From positions 414,663 to 478,662 of the forward strand of contig JAWKSP010000001.1 of assembly GCA_041389025.1 (NCBI GenBank): a stretch of DNA of 64,000 nt, read 5' to 3'. Below the pieces are notes generated by a model. It saw only the letters and a list, made by a program, of their open reading frames with translations. It did no database searches and was not told the DNA's origin. The stretch is from Minisyncoccota bacterium (GTDB lineage: Bacteria > Patescibacteriota > Minisyncoccia > Phycocordibacterales > UBA918). A program made the position numbers and the translations under genes. Position 1 is the first letter of the stretch. Every line of letters starts with the position of its first letter. Positions 19,822-32,827 of the stretch are shown in pieces.

Positions 19822-20556
19822 ATGCCAGAAAACCAACTAGGTACATCGTTCATTCCTAAAAGAAATCCCAAAAAAGCGGTTAAGCGAAATGCGCCCCGAC
19901 CAGTATTTATTGGAACAATCATCGTTAGAATTTTTTTCTTCTCTATTTTGATAGCTGCTTTAGCGGTATTTACTTTTGAGCGAAAATTACAGAATGATTA
20001 TGCTGAAGAAGTGCGAGCTTTGGATTCAGCGATAAGTTCTTTTAATGTTGAAAGTTGGGAAAGTGTTCTTGAAATAGATACTAGGTTGTATCAAGCTAAA
20101 CAAAGATTACAAAACACAGTATCAGTAACTTCTATTTTTGATGCGATTGAAGCAGCTACTATAAGAACTGTTACTATTGAAAATTTTGATTTAGAAAGAG
20201 TTGATAATTCTACTGTTACTATTAAATCTGAAATGACAACTGATTCTTTTGATTCAGTTTTGTTCCAACGTGAAGTTCTAAAAGCCAACGATAAATTATC
20301 GGTGGATGGAGTAAATGAATTGGCTTTAAACAATGCTGCTAGCGAGAATAATGTAGCTGGCAATAGAACTAGCGTGCAGTTTAAAGCAGAATTATCAGTT
20401 GATCCGGCTAAAGTACCGCATATTCCACCAGCTGAACGAAATGGTTTGAATAACACAGAGACAGCAACACCAGCCGTGGTTGAAGATGTGGTACCGATCA
20501 ATGAAAGTGAGAGCGTAGAAACAAACAATGATCAGTCTAATCAAAATGGCTTATGA
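19822..20556 (+). CDS. pilN: PilN-like alignment protein
   Basis: SFIPK N-terminal motif, single TM, position after pilM. Confidence 0.65.
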   Translation: MPENQLGTSFIPKRNPKKAVKRNAPRPVFIGTIIVRIFFFSILIAALAVFTFERKLQNDYAEEVRALDSAISSFNVESWESVLEIDTRLYQAKQRLQNTVSVTSIFDAIEAATIRTVTIENFDLERVDNSTVTIKSEMTTDSFDSVLFQREVLKANDKLSVDGVNELALNNAASENNVAGNRTSVQFKAELSVDPAKVPHIPPAERNGLNNTETATPAVVEDVVPINESESVETNNDQSNQNGL

Positions 20557-21161
20557 TTTTTAATTCCTTATTTTTCCAAATACTTTTAGCTGGTTTAGCG
20601 ATAGCAATAGCCATTGTTTACGTAAATCCTTCATTTAAAAATATTGGTGATTTACAATTCGCCATTGCTGAATACAAAAAAGAGCGTGATAATGTAGCCA
20701 AGTTTAATACCGACTTAAGGGATCTTGCAAAAAAGATTAATAGTATTTCAGAAGCTGATCAACAAGCTTTATTAAAATACATGCCGGATACGGTTGATGA
20801 GGTTTCAGTGTCTCGAGATATTTTTAACATTTCTTTAATGTCTGGGGTGGTGATGAATGATATTTCAGTTTCCGATGGAGCAACCAATAACCGAAATAAT
20901 AATCCTGTAGAAGAAGTGGTTGATCCGGCTGATCAACACAAAACTCCTCCTGTACCACATGCTTTCTCAGCTAGTGTAACCGGTGAATATGAAGATATTA
21001 AGAATTTTCTGTTATTACTTGAAGAGAGTAACTATCCATTGGAAATAAGAAACTTAAGTATAAGTAGTAGCAATGGTGGTTCTAACCAAGAATCAAGTAC
21101 TCTTTCTAATAATAATGACTTAAGCGCTGAGGTAGAGATAGTTACTTATTCGCGTATTTAG
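20553..21161 (+). CDS. pilO: PilO-like alignment protein
   Basis: TM, coiled coil, GEYEDIKNFLLLLE motif, synteny. Confidence 0.7.
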   Translation: MIFNSLFFQILLAGLAIAIAIVYVNPSFKNIGDLQFAIAEYKKERDNVAKFNTDLRDLAKKINSISEADQQALLKYMPDTVDEVSVSRDIFNISLMSGVVMNDISVSDGATNNRNNNPVEEVVDPADQHKTPPVPHAFSASVTGEYEDIKNFLLLLEESNYPLEIRNLSISSSNGGSNQESSTLSNNNDLSAEVEIVTYSRI

Positions 21162-21173
21162 TTTATTTGTCTT

Positions 21174-21494
21174 ATGAGTCCTGCATTTAAAAACATTATA
21201 ACTACACTAATAATCTTGCTCTTAGCGGCAGTTGGTTATTATTTATATAAACAAAGTAACGCTAGTGTAGTTACTGGGGAAAATAAATACGTTACTCCAG
21301 AAATGATAAGAGACACTAGGGTTTTTATGGAACGGCGAATGGTCTTAGAAAAAATTGATATTGACACCTCGGTATTTAATGACCCTCTGTTTGTGTCTTA
21401 TCGTAATTTCACTACTCCAATCCAAAGTCAGATGGAAGGGAAGAATAATCCTTTTTCAGAAAATAGCGGATTTACACCAACCAATAACTTTTAG
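21174..21494 (+). CDS. Small membrane protein of the pilus operon (PilP position)
   Basis: N-terminal TM, GKNNPF motif, located between pilO and pilB. Confidence 0.6.
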   Translation: MSPAFKNIITTLIILLLAAVGYYLYKQSNASVVTGENKYVTPEMIRDTRVFMERRMVLEKIDIDTSVFNDPLFVSYRNFTTPIQSQMEGKNNPFSENSGFTPTNNF

Positions 21495-21503
21495 TTTTAA
21501 TCT

Positions 21504-23339
21504 ATGGGTCCACTTAAAAGATTATTAGAAAATGGTGAGATAGCTGAGGAACTTGCTACTGAAATAGGGAGGTTAGTCGACGAATCTGGAAAAACTTATG
21601 AGGAAGCTATGTTGGAGCAAGGAGTGGCTCCAGATTTAACTAGAAAAGCCTTAGCTGACTACTACCAAGTACCGTATTTTGTTATACCGGAAAACTTCAG
21701 TATTAGTGAAGAGATACTTTCCTATATACCAGAAGAATCAGCTATACACTACAAACTAATTCCTCTAATGATCGACAATGATGTGTTGATTGTTGGAGCT
21801 AATGATCCTGATGATTCACAAATTAAAGAGGTTCTAAATTTCGTCAGTACCAAATACGATATTGCCTATAAGTTTGTTTTCATGCTGACCGGTGATATAG
21901 AAAAGGCTCATCAATTTTACTCAAATCTTAAAGGAGAAGTGACTGATGCACTTGAGACATTGGAGTCAGAACTAAATGCTGAAATAGCCGCTGAGGTGGA
22001 AGAATCTTCGGTAGAAGATAAAAAAGTTATGGAGCACATAGAAGAAGACGCGCCGGTTACTAAGATCGTAGCTACTATTCTTAGATACGCGGTTGATGGT
22101 AGTGCTTCAGATATACATATAGAACCAAATGAAGTTAAGGTTGTGGTACGTTTTCGTGTCGATGGTGTACTTACAACTTCACTTGAGTTGCCAAAAAATG
22201 TTCATATGGCAGTGGTAGCTAGAATAAAGATTTTGTCATCAATGCGTCTTGATGAGAGACGAAAACCCCAAGACGGACGTTTTTCAGCCACTTTTGATGG
22301 TCGTAAAATTGATTTTCGAGTTTCGGTGTTACCGACTAATCACGGTGAAAAGGTGGTGATGCGTATCTTGGACAATGATCAAGGAGTCCGTTCTTTGGAA
22401 GAGACTGGTATTTCTCATTATCTCTTGGAAACCGTGAGAAGAGCCGTAAAAGAACCTTATGGAATAATTTTAATTTCCGGTCCAACTGGTTCTGGTAAAT
22501 CTACTACTTTATATGCCATGTTATCTGAAGTTGACCGAGCTACTAAAAATGTTTTGTCACTGGAAGATCCGGTTGAATATAATATTGATGGAGTAAGTCA
22601 GTCACAAGTCAGGCCGGAAATTGGTTACACATTTGCTAATGGTCTTAGAGCGGCTTTGCGTCAAGATCCGGATATCATAATGGTCGGTGAGATTCGTGAT
22701 AAGGAAACTGCTCAGTTGGCTATTCAAGCTGCTCTTACTGGGCACTTAGTACTTTCCACTATTCACACCAATAATGCTATCGGTGTAATTCCTCGATTGA
22801 TTGATATGGGGGTTGACCCTTACTTGATAGCACCAACTCTTAAGTTGGCGATTGCACAAAGACTAGCTAGACGAGTTTGTCCTGGGGCTGGTAAAGAAGA
22901 AGGGATTGATTCCAGTACAAAACAGATGATGGATGAAACTTTTAAAACTTTACCGGAGAAATATCATAATCGTATACCGGCCAGTCGAACAATTGTTCAT
23001 CCTGAACCAATTTCTGGTTGCGCCACCGGACTCAAGGGGCGGGTAGCGGTAATGGAAGCTTTTGAGGTAAATGACGAAATACAAGAATTAATTTTAAATA
23101 ACGCTTCTGAAGACCAAATTTATCAAGTGGCTAGACGACATGGTTATATGACCATGAAGGAAGACGCTATTATAAAAGCACTTGAACACAAGATTCCTTA
23201 TGAAGAAATGAACGCCTTTGGTTCTAATATGGAAAACGAAACCGAGATTGATGAGATAACCAGACCTGTCGATAACCAAGTGATTGCCGATGCTACAACC
23301 GATATAATAGATACTAATGAAGATATTGTTGGTAGATGA
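21504..23339 (+). CDS. pilB: Type IV pilus extension ATPase PilB (GspE/PulE family)
   Basis: ASDIHIEP, PQDGR, GPTGSGKST, LRQDPDIIMVGEIRD, TGHLVLSTIHTN. Confidence 0.95.
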   Translation: MGPLKRLLENGEIAEELATEIGRLVDESGKTYEEAMLEQGVAPDLTRKALADYYQVPYFVIPENFSISEEILSYIPEESAIHYKLIPLMIDNDVLIVGANDPDDSQIKEVLNFVSTKYDIAYKFVFMLTGDIEKAHQFYSNLKGEVTDALETLESELNAEIAAEVEESSVEDKKVMEHIEEDAPVTKIVATILRYAVDGSASDIHIEPNEVKVVVRFRVDGVLTTSLELPKNVHMAVVARIKILSSMRLDERRKPQDGRFSATFDGRKIDFRVSVLPTNHGEKVVMRILDNDQGVRSLEETGISHYLLETVRRAVKEPYGIILISGPTGSGKSTTLYAMLSEVDRATKNVLSLEDPVEYNIDGVSQSQVRPEIGYTFANGLRAALRQDPDIIMVGEIRDKETAQLAIQAALTGHLVLSTIHTNNAIGVIPRLIDMGVDPYLIAPTLKLAIAQRLARRVCPGAGKEEGIDSSTKQMMDETFKTLPEKYHNRIPASRTIVHPEPISGCATGLKGRVAVMEAFEVNDEIQELILNNASEDQIYQVARRHGYMTMKEDAIIKALEHKIPYEEMNAFGSNMENETEIDEITRPVDNQVIADATTDIIDTNEDIVGR

Positions 23340-23691
23340 TGATGTGTTTTTGCGTGATATGTACGCTACTAAATTTTTAGATAGTGGACATGAAGTCGAT
23401 ACTGCTGATGGTGGTCCTAGCGCTCTAACTTTTCTTAATAGTGGTGTTTCATATGATCTAATATTATTAGATATGATCATGCCTGGAACTAGTGGGGTTG
23501 ATTTGTTGCAATTGATGAAAGAAAAATTTCCTAACCAAATTAAAAATGCTATTTTTCTCTCCAATCAAGGACAGGATGAAGATAAAAAGGAAGCTAAGTC
23601 AGCTGGGGCGGTTGGGTATATTGTTAAAGCTGACATGATACCAAGTGAGGTGGTAAAAAAAGTTGAGGAAATAGTTGAAAAGAATAGTTAA
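23317..23691 (+). CDS. Single-domain response regulator (receiver)
   Basis: LVDDD, LLDMIMP, SN, YIVK. Confidence 0.9.
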   Translation: MKILLVDDDVFLRDMYATKFLDSGHEVDTADGGPSALTFLNSGVSYDLILLDMIMPGTSGVDLLQLMKEKFPNQIKNAIFLSNQGQDEDKKEAKSAGAVGYIVKADMIPSEVVKKVEEIVEKNS

Positions 23692-23708
23692 TTTTTAAAA
23701 TATTTATT

Positions 23709-24776
23709 ATGGCCGTTGATTACAAAAAAGAATTACAGTTATTGATTGATATTTTGTTAGAAGAGAAAGCTTCCGATATTCATTTTTCGGTTGATTCACA
23801 TCCGCTTATTCGTGTGTCTGGAACTTTGATTCCTCTAGTTAAAAAACCAATTTTGACTGATTCAGATGTAGATTCTTTTGCTAAGGTTTTAATGAGAAAA
23901 GACCAGTATGAACGTTTGGTTAACCTTGAGGAAGTGGACTTTTCTTATGAAAATAGTGATCAAGTACGTTTTCGTGGTAACGCTTTTCATCAACGTAGTC
24001 GCAAAGGAATAGTGTTACGTTTAATTCCCAATGTAATCAAAACTTTTGAGGAGTTAAATTTACCACCGATTCTTGAGGATTTTACGAAACGGGCGCAAGG
24101 CTTTTTTCTTTGTGTAGGTCCGGTTGGTCAAGGTAAGTCAACCACTCTGGCGGCGATGATAGAAAAAATTAATGAGACTAGACCGGAACATATTGTAACA
24201 ATTGAGGATCCAATTGAGTACGTTTTTGAGGAAAAAAAGTCTTTGATTGATCAAAGAGAGGTCGGTATCGATACTTCCAGCTTCCATGCTGCCTTAAACG
24301 CAGCTTTTCGTCAGGACGTTGATGTGATGATGGTGGGAGAAATGCGTAACCCAGAAACTATAGAGACCGCTGTAACAGCAGCTGAAACCGGTCACTTGGT
24401 GATGTCCACTATTCATACCAACGACGCCGCTCAAACCATCAGCCGTATTATTGACTCTTTTCCGGGTGATCAACAAGATCAGATCAGAGTTCAGTTGGCT
24501 GGTTCTTTGATCGCTATATTTTCACAGCGTCTAATTCCTCATGTTACCGGAGGATTGGTGCCAGCTTATGAACTTCTTATTAATAACCCGGCAGTTTCCA
24601 ACTTAATTCGTGAAAATAGAGTGCATGAGATTCCATCAGTGATTGAAACCGGACTTGAGCAGGGTATGATAGATATGAACCGATCATTAGCTAAGTTGGT
24701 ACAGAATGGTGATATTACGACTGAAAACGCCTTTACTTATTCAATCAATCCAAAAGGATTAGAAAGATTAATATAA
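23709..24776 (+). CDS. pilT: Pilus retraction ATPase PilT
   Basis: GPVGQGKST, TIEDPIE, QREVG, VGEMR, AETGHLV, LIRE motif. Confidence 0.95.
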   Translation: MAVDYKKELQLLIDILLEEKASDIHFSVDSHPLIRVSGTLIPLVKKPILTDSDVDSFAKVLMRKDQYERLVNLEEVDFSYENSDQVRFRGNAFHQRSRKGIVLRLIPNVIKTFEELNLPPILEDFTKRAQGFFLCVGPVGQGKSTTLAAMIEKINETRPEHIVTIEDPIEYVFEEKKSLIDQREVGIDTSSFHAALNAAFRQDVDVMMVGEMRNPETIETAVTAAETGHLVMSTIHTNDAAQTISRIIDSFPGDQQDQIRVQLAGSLIAIFSQRLIPHVTGGLVPAYELLINNPAVSNLIRENRVHEIPSVIETGLEQGMIDMNRSLAKLVQNGDITTENAFTYSINPKGLERLI

Positions 24777-24783
24777 TTTTACT

Positions 24784-26001
24784 ATGCTTTTTAATTATGT
24801 AGCCATCGACAATGCCAACGTTCAACGAGAAGGAACGGTAGAAGCTGTTACTATTGATTCAGCTATTACCGCTATCCAAAAACGTGGCTACACAGTAGTT
24901 TCAATTGATCCGGTTGACGAGAAATCCGGTCTAAGAAGTTTGGTAAATATTGATATCAACCTATTTAATTCTATTTCTAATAAAGAGATTGTTATTTTAT
25001 CACGACAAATCGCTACTTTGTTTGATGCTCATGTGTCACCACTTCGTATTTTTCAATTGCTATCAGCTGAGATAGAAAATCCACAATTAAAATTAGTTAT
25101 GAACAGTATTGTGGAAGATTTACAAGCTGGAAATTCGATCTCCAGAGCTATGTCCAATCATCCGGAAGTATTTTCATCTTTTTATGTCAACCTAGTCCGT
25201 TCCGGTGAACAGTCCGGTTCTTTGGAAAAATCTTTTATGTATTTGGCCGACTACTTAGATCGTTCTTATGAGGTGGTTTCAAAAGCTCGCAACGCTCTGG
25301 TTTATCCAGCTTTTGTGGTAGCTATTTTTATCGCAGTTATGAGTATCATGCTTACTATGGTGATACCAAAAATATCGGCTATCTTGGTTGATTCTGGTCA
25401 AGAGTTACCGATTTATACTAAGATAGTAATTGGTGTTTCCGATTTTATGGTTAACTATGTTGGAATTATACTTATTTTGTTGGCGGTGGGCGGTATATTT
25501 TTCTGGCGTTTTATTCAAACTAACGTTGGCCGACGAGCTTTTGATGAATTTGTAATTTCTATTCCTTATATTGGTGATTTGCAACGTAAGTTACTCCTTA
25601 CTCGTATTTGTGACAACTTAGGTACAATGCTTGAGCGGGGTATATCGATGGTGCAAGCACTTGAGGTAACGGCTGATGTGGTAGATAATATGGTCTATAA
25701 GGAGATTATTGATAGTGCTTTGGCTGAGGTTAAGGGAGGACGATCGTTTGGTGAATCTATATCCGAATACCCAGAAATCCCAGGGGTGCTAACTCAGATG
25801 GTAAAAGTGGGTGAAGAGTCAGGAAGTCTAGCTAATATTTTAGCCACTCTAGCTAAGTTTTATCGTCGTGAGGTGAATAATGCCGTCGATACTTTGATTG
25901 GCTTAATTGAACCGTTGATGATTGTGATGCTTGGTCTTGGAGTAGGTGTGCTTTTGGCTTCCGTACTTATGCCTATATACAATTTGGCTAGTGCGTTTTA
26001 G
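24784..26001 (+). CDS. pilC: Type IV pilus platform protein PilC (GspF family)
   Basis: Two GspF repeats (GEQSGSL, GEESGSL), ALVYP, IEP. Confidence 0.95.
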   Translation: MLFNYVAIDNANVQREGTVEAVTIDSAITAIQKRGYTVVSIDPVDEKSGLRSLVNIDINLFNSISNKEIVILSRQIATLFDAHVSPLRIFQLLSAEIENPQLKLVMNSIVEDLQAGNSISRAMSNHPEVFSSFYVNLVRSGEQSGSLEKSFMYLADYLDRSYEVVSKARNALVYPAFVVAIFIAVMSIMLTMVIPKISAILVDSGQELPIYTKIVIGVSDFMVNYVGIILILLAVGGIFFWRFIQTNVGRRAFDEFVISIPYIGDLQRKLLLTRICDNLGTMLERGISMVQALEVTADVVDNMVYKEIIDSALAEVKGGRSFGESISEYPEIPGVLTQMVKVGEESGSLANILATLAKFYRREVNNAVDTLIGLIEPLMIVMLGLGVGVLLASVLMPIYNLASAF

Positions 26002-26003
26002 GT

Positions 26004-26065
26004 AACGAAAACAATAAAGTGGCGGGCGAGTCTAAAGACTCGCCCGCCACTTTATTGTTTTCGTT
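26004..26065. repeat. Perfect palindrome, 30-bp arms
   Basis: aacgaaaacaataaagtggcgggcgagtct-aa-agactcgcccgccactttattgttttcgtt. Confidence 0.95.
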
Positions 26066-26228
26066 GTCCACAATCTTTTTAAAAATAAGCCAAGAAAAAC
26101 GTATAATAGTAATTAGCTACGGACAACGTAGATAAGTGTTTGCTAAAGCTTTATTCAGATAAACAGCTGATATCTGAATACAGTAAGGGCAGATATTAAT
26201 ATTTTAATCAAATTCTTATTTAAAGTTT

Positions 26229-26672
26229 ATGAAAAAAACAATCTCATTATTAAAACGAGGTTTTACCCTAATCGAACTTTTGGTAGTAATCGCCATTATC
26301 GGTATCTTGGCAGCTGTTGTATTGGCTTCACTAAACGACGCTAGAGATGGAGGTGCAAATGCTTCAGCTAAAACAACAGTAAATAATATACGTAGTCAAG
26401 CTGAATTATATTACAATGACAATTCGTATTCCTATAACCCAGCTACTGGTGATGTGTGTAGTGATGCAAAAGTTTTAGGTCTTATAAGTGCAGCTACATC
26501 AACTACAGGCATTGCAACATATGCTTGTGATGTAAACACTGCTGGTGACGAATACGCTGTTGAGGTTCAACTTAGGCCAAGTACTGCTACTGATTTCTTT
26601 TGTGTTGATAGTACTGGATTTTCCGGTCAGCAAAGTGCTTCTAAAGGTGCAGGTGCTACAGTTTGTAACTAA
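26229..26672 (+). CDS. pilA: Major type IV pilin
   Basis: KRG|FTLIELLVVIAIIGILAAVVL prepilin motif, C-terminal cysteines, own promoter and terminator. Confidence 0.9.
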   Translation: MKKTISLLKRGFTLIELLVVIAIIGILAAVVLASLNDARDGGANASAKTTVNNIRSQAELYYNDNSYSYNPATGDVCSDAKVLGLISAATSTTGIATYACDVNTAGDEYAVEVQLRPSTATDFFCVDSTGFSGQQSASKGAGATVCN

Positions 26673-26775
26673 TACGATTTAGTTCACAACCAAACAAAAA
26701 ACCGCGTCAGCGGTTTTTTGTTTTTCCTTTAAAACACTTAAGCTGTGTCCTAGTATTCTATATTCATAAAGTAAA

Positions 26776-26820
26776 AATGTACATACAAAGTATTGACTTT
26801 GTATGTACATTGTATATCAT
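26776..26820 (+). promoter_or_regulatory. TA promoter with overlapping operator palindrome
   Basis: aatgtacatacaaagt-attg-actttgtatgtacatt (16-bp arms) covering -35 TTGACT; -10 TATCAT. Confidence 0.75.
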
Positions 26821-26831
26821 AGTTAAAACTC

Positions 26832-27113
26832 ATGAAATATTTTGATTGGAGTGAAGAAAAAAATGAGTGGCTCATGAGTGAGCGGGGAATTTCGTTTGAA
26901 TTTATTAAGGAGTGTATAGAAAACGGGCAAGTGGTTGGAATTGTGTCTAATCATCCACCTTATCAGCATCAGCAAGTTTATCTGATTTTGATAGAAGATT
27001 ATGTATTTGAAGTACCATATGTCGAAGATGATGAAAAAATTTTCTTGAAAACCGCCTACCCCTCGCATGAGGCAACTAAAAGATATTTAAATAGTAAACA
27101 TGACAAAAAATAA
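26832..27113 (+). CDS. BrnT-like type II toxin
   Basis: FDWSEEKNEWLMSERGISFE...FLKTAYPS; overlaps antitoxin start. Confidence 0.8.
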   Translation: MKYFDWSEEKNEWLMSERGISFEFIKECIENGQVVGIVSNHPPYQHQQVYLILIEDYVFEVPYVEDDEKIFLKTAYPSHEATKRYLNSKHDKK

Positions 27114-27360
27114 TCACAATTTTAATCTGACCAAAGAAGAACAGACCATGCACGATGCTGTTGATTGGAGTTCTGCGCGCCCCATAACCAAAGAAGAACA
27201 GGTTGGTTTAAAGAAAATTGCTCGCAATACAACTGCTAAAAATAAAGTAATAACAATCAGGGTGTCTGAAAGAAACCTGGTTAGACTAAAAGCCGCCGCT
27301 ACTCGAGAAGGAGTACCATACCAGACCTTTATTTCTTCATTGATTCAAAAGAATACATAG
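27100..27360 (+). CDS. BrnA/CopG-like RHH antitoxin
   Basis: ITIRVS...KAAATREGVPYQTFISSLI. Confidence 0.8.
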   Translation: MTKNNHNFNLTKEEQTMHDAVDWSSARPITKEEQVGLKKIARNTTAKNKVITIRVSERNLVRLKAAATREGVPYQTFISSLIQKNT

Positions 27361-27455
27361 ACAGATTAAATAAATAGATTTATTTTTCCATCAAAGATAA
27401 TTTTCGAGTTGGTTAAACAAAAAATGACTATAAGTGATGTTATACTTACTACCAA

Positions 27456-28295
27456 ATGTTAGATATCCTTTCTTTTATACCTCCACCAATGCTATGGCTT
27501 TTTTCTTTTTTACTCGGAGTGATTATCGGTAGTTTCTTAAATGTTTACATCTACCGCCTACATACTGGTAAGTCTTTGTCTGGTAGCTCGCACTGTTTGT
27601 CTTGTGGTACGTCACTTAAGTCTTATGAGCTAATACCACTTTTTTCTTATTTAGGTCTACGAGGGAAGTGTCGGACTTGTGGTTCTTCTATACCGGCTCG
27701 GTATTTTTTAGTAGAGCTGTTGACTGGCGTTTTGTTTTTGGTGACGGTGCTGTTTTTTAGTAATTTAATTCAAGTTGGTTTGGTGTGGTGGGTAATGGCA
27801 CTTTTAGTGGTAGTGGCGGTTTATGACTTGTATCACATGATTATTCCAGATCGAATGGTGTTGTGGTTGTTAGCTTTGGCATTTGTTTGGCAGGGTTACT
27901 TACTTTACATTGAAACTATTTCTGTAAGTGGTTTTGGTTTAAATTTTATAGCTACTACTATTGGTTCGTTATTTCTATTTTTACTGTGGTGGTTGTCTAA
28001 AGGTAAGTGGATTGGTTTTGGTGATGTAAAGCTGTGTTGGCCGTTGGGACTTTTGGTCGGATATTTGGGTGTTTTTTCTATGCTTGTTTTATCATTTTGG
28101 ATTGGTGCGATTGTTGGAATTACTCTATTAGCATTTCAAAAAATTAAAATCAGTGGACAACCACACTTACGTTTCTTTAAAAGACAGCTTACAATTAAAA
28201 GTGCCGTGCCGTTTGCTCCGTTTTTGATTCTTGGTTTTCTTGCTGTATTTTTCCTTAAAGTTGATGTGGTGGCACTTATTACTTATGTTCCGTAA
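27456..28295 (+). CDS. pilD: Prepilin peptidase PilD (A24)
   Basis: GSFLNV, CxxC...CxxC, YD, GFGDVKL, PFAPFL. Confidence 0.95.
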   Translation: MLDILSFIPPPMLWLFSFLLGVIIGSFLNVYIYRLHTGKSLSGSSHCLSCGTSLKSYELIPLFSYLGLRGKCRTCGSSIPARYFLVELLTGVLFLVTVLFFSNLIQVGLVWWVMALLVVVAVYDLYHMIIPDRMVLWLLALAFVWQGYLLYIETISVSGFGLNFIATTIGSLFLFLLWWLSKGKWIGFGDVKLCWPLGLLVGYLGVFSMLVLSFWIGAIVGITLLAFQKIKISGQPHLRFFKRQLTIKSAVPFAPFLILGFLAVFFLKVDVVALITYVP

Positions 28296-28857
28296 TTTTT
28301 TAAATAAAAATAAAAGTAACAAATCAGTATTTTTTTTAAGTGGTTTTGGTCTAATTGAAATGATGGTTAGTATCGGTATTTTGGTTTTGGTGATGACGGT
28401 TATTTTAGCCAGACAAGATGCTTTTAATAGTGCCGTTTTACTCCGTGGGCAAGCGTACGAGGTGGCTCTTCAGGCTAGGGAAATACAATTATATGCGGTT
28501 AGTGTAATTGGTTCTGGTTCTAGTTTTAGAGTTCCTTACGGTATTCATTTTATCAACAATAGTGGGAGTTATACTATTTTTAGGGACATTAATAACAACG
28601 GTGTTTATGATGGTTCTGATACCATTTTTGGTAAACAAGGAATACTTGACCCTCGTTTTGTAATTGATCGATTACAAGTCGATGGAGGAGCTTCTCTGTC
28701 TGAATTATCTATCGTGTTTGAACGTCCAAACTTTGACGCTCTTTTTGGAGGTGATGTAGCAGAAATTGATGTACGTTTACGAGGTACTACCGGTACTGGA
28801 GTAGGTGAAGTACGCACAGTAGAGATTACCAGAACCGGTCAAATCTCGGTACAATAA
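28285..28857 (+). CDS. Minor pilin
   Basis: SG|FGLIEMMVSIGI prepilin motif; ATG 28285 overlaps pilD end. Confidence 0.85.
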   Translation: MFRNFLNKNKSNKSVFFLSGFGLIEMMVSIGILVLVMTVILARQDAFNSAVLLRGQAYEVALQAREIQLYAVSVIGSGSSFRVPYGIHFINNSGSYTIFRDINNNGVYDGSDTIFGKQGILDPRFVIDRLQVDGGASLSELSIVFERPNFDALFGGDVAEIDVRLRGTTGTGVGEVRTVEITRTGQISVQ

Positions 28858-28861
28858 TTTT

Positions 28862-29539
28862 ATGTCTAGTTTTAGAAACAAAGAAAAAGGATTTACTTTA
28901 ATTGAAATGATAGTTTCGCTTGGTGTGTTCTCTTTTGTGGTGGTGATAGCGGTCGGGGCTTTGCTTTCGGTAATCGCTACTAATCGCCAGCTTCAAGCTG
29001 AACAAAGTGTGATGACGAATCTTGCTTTTGCTCTTGATAGTATGACGAGAGAGATAAGGACTGGTTATGCATATGTGTGTGGGGATGTTGATAGTGTCAA
29101 TACTCCAGTTATGGGTGGTCAAACCAAGATATTTGATTCTGGTAGTAATGATCATAAAGTATCAAATATGGATGATACATATACAAACGATTGTACAACA
29201 AACTCTCAAAATTATCGTGGGTTATCTTTTATAGAAGGAGGTGACAGTATAACTAATACTGGTTCGAATCAAGGTGGTCGGATTTTGTACTATTATGATG
29301 CTTCTCAAGAAAAATTATTAAGGCGAGTTGAATATGATGCTCCACAATCTATTACTTCTTCTGGGCTAAATATAACCAAAGCCGAATTTATCGTGACTGG
29401 TACTGATACTAATGAAAGTAATGGTGATATTGAGCAACCAACTGTTACTGTTTATTTAGAAGCGGTATCTGATGATGATCCAACCGGAAAGACTTATCAT
29501 TTAGAAACCACGGTAACTCAACGTATACTTGACCTATGA
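28862..29539 (+). CDS. Minor pilin (PilW/GspJ-like)
   Basis: KG|FTLIEMIVSL, MTREIR. Confidence 0.85.
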   Translation: MSSFRNKEKGFTLIEMIVSLGVFSFVVVIAVGALLSVIATNRQLQAEQSVMTNLAFALDSMTREIRTGYAYVCGDVDSVNTPVMGGQTKIFDSGSNDHKVSNMDDTYTNDCTTNSQNYRGLSFIEGGDSITNTGSNQGGRILYYYDASQEKLLRRVEYDAPQSITSSGLNITKAEFIVTGTDTNESNGDIEQPTVTVYLEAVSDDDPTGKTYHLETTVTQRILDL

Positions 29540-30171
29540 TACAACGTAATTTTTCACAATCTGGTTTTTCTCTGGTGGAGACTTTGGTCGCTATCTCTTT
29601 GTTACTTTTGATAATTGTTGGACCAATGGTTATTTCAGCTCAGACGGCTAAGAGTTCTACTTTTGCCAGTGAGCAAATCCAAGCTTTCTTTTTAGCACAA
29701 GAAGGTTTGGAGTTGGCACAAAAAGCTCGAGATGATCTGCGGTTGGAGGAGTTTGATGACATCATTAATGGTGGTGGAGCTAGTCTGGGTGATGGGTGGA
29801 CAGATTTTACTGATAGTTCAGGGACTTATGCGGATTGTTTTAGTGGCAGTGGTTGTGGTCTTGACTGGAAGGATAGTGTAGCTAATAACAATGAGCTTAA
29901 TGTAATTAGTTGTTCGACTTTGAGTGATTGTCGACTTTATTTAAGTACAGTAATTAATGACCGCTCTCAATTTACTTATAATGGAGCCCTTACTGATATT
30001 AAACCTTTTACCAGACAAATACGTTTTGATGATGAAGATTCGAGCGGTAATCCTCTTGATACGGATAAAGAAATAAGAATCATTTCTACTGTGACTTGGC
30101 GAACAGGGTCGTTGGTTGCTGATCAAAAAGTAGAAGTCGAATCCTACCTTTATGCCGAAGGAAGAAATTAG
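29536..30171 (+). CDS. Minor pilin (PilV-like)
   Basis: SG|FSLVETLVAI, AFFLAQEGLE. Confidence 0.85.
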   Translation: MIQRNFSQSGFSLVETLVAISLLLLIIVGPMVISAQTAKSSTFASEQIQAFFLAQEGLELAQKARDDLRLEEFDDIINGGGASLGDGWTDFTDSSGTYADCFSGSGCGLDWKDSVANNNELNVISCSTLSDCRLYLSTVINDRSQFTYNGALTDIKPFTRQIRFDDEDSSGNPLDTDKEIRIISTVTWRTGSLVADQKVEVESYLYAEGRN

Positions 30172-30177
30172 AAATTT

Positions 30178-32800
<2,623 letters not shown>

Positions 32801-32827
32801 TCAAAACTAAAATGCTATCATGCCGAT

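Noticed and set aside
26100-26200. c-di-GMP-I riboswitch upstream of pilA
   Set aside because: It lacks the GGCAAAC/GNRA tetraloop-receptor consensus; kept only as an unassigned structured leader.
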